DNA of 64,000 nucleotides from a virus: IMG/VR virus record IMGVR_UViG_3300048597_000624, positions 1 to 64,000 of that record; one strand, 5' to 3'. Shown piece by piece: positions 63,860 to 64,000 of this stretch (position 1 is its first letter; each line of letters starts with the position of its first letter). The notes under the pieces were generated by a model. It saw only the letters and a program-made list of their open reading frames with translations, ran no database searches and was not told where the DNA came from. The position numbers and the translations under genes were made by a program.

Positions 63860-64000
63860 CCCCTCACTCCTCCCGCCGCGATGGGCTGAAAAACTCGACG
63901 GGGCAGCACTCTCCGTCGTACAGCGGTTCACGGCAAATAGGACATTCGCCATATACGTGCCCGTCGATTTCGCAGACCGCTTCGCAATCGTTCTCAGACG

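Larger units (their letters stand above)
62948..63879 (-). repeat. Four gene-junction repeats, core CGGCGGGAGGAGTGA
   Basis: Core at 62956..62970, 63401..63415, 63723..63737, 63864..63878; outer pair identical over 24 nt, inner pair over 18 nt. Confidence 0.9.
18982..64000. mobile_element. Prophage, siphovirus-like, right end outside window
   Basis: att plus integrase, tail tube, chaperone frameshift, capsid, portal, terminase, early small ORFs, nearly all on the minus strand; no sheath recognised. Confidence 0.93.

Noticed and set aside
62948-63879. Junction repeats as a CRISPR array or integron attC sites
   Set aside because: Irregular 140-445 bp spacing filled by ORFs, non-palindromic, no attC-like core

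Overview
Probably a Planctomycete chromosome segment (inferred from gene style) made almost entirely of mobile DNA. 1-17.2 kb is the end of a mobilisable island: a MOBF-type oriT-like site, two paralogous RHH/MobC-like genes, topoisomerase III, a Lamassu/ABC-three-component defence operon, a HAD-transmembrane fusion and a PLD-SNF2 helicase / N6-adenine methyltransferase / DprA-like operon. 17.5-19.0 kb holds an intact tRNA-Gly(CCC), a tyrosine integrase and a chimeric tRNA-Gly att site. 19.0 kb to the window end is a siphovirus-like prophage that continues past 64 kb: integrase, TA pair, secreted/lysis-position cluster with a cytochrome c peroxidase and a subtilase, an initiator-type tRNA-Met with C33, tail, head, terminase and early genes. 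The best candidate for an undescribed system is a four-copy RNA element (GGGU-R-UCGR-loop5-YCGR-GCCC) that overlaps the 5' arm of intrinsic terminators in front of late gene blocks, shows compensatory base changes, and has one copy 13 nt behind a 75-aa DUF2292/YezD-like ORF: a putative protein-plus-RNA antitermination switch. Second is a 1484-aa portal fused to Nudix, MutS-I-like and HEXXH peptidase domains, with recurrent basic-x-Tyr motifs at domain borders. All family assignments are by eye from motifs; no database searches were run.
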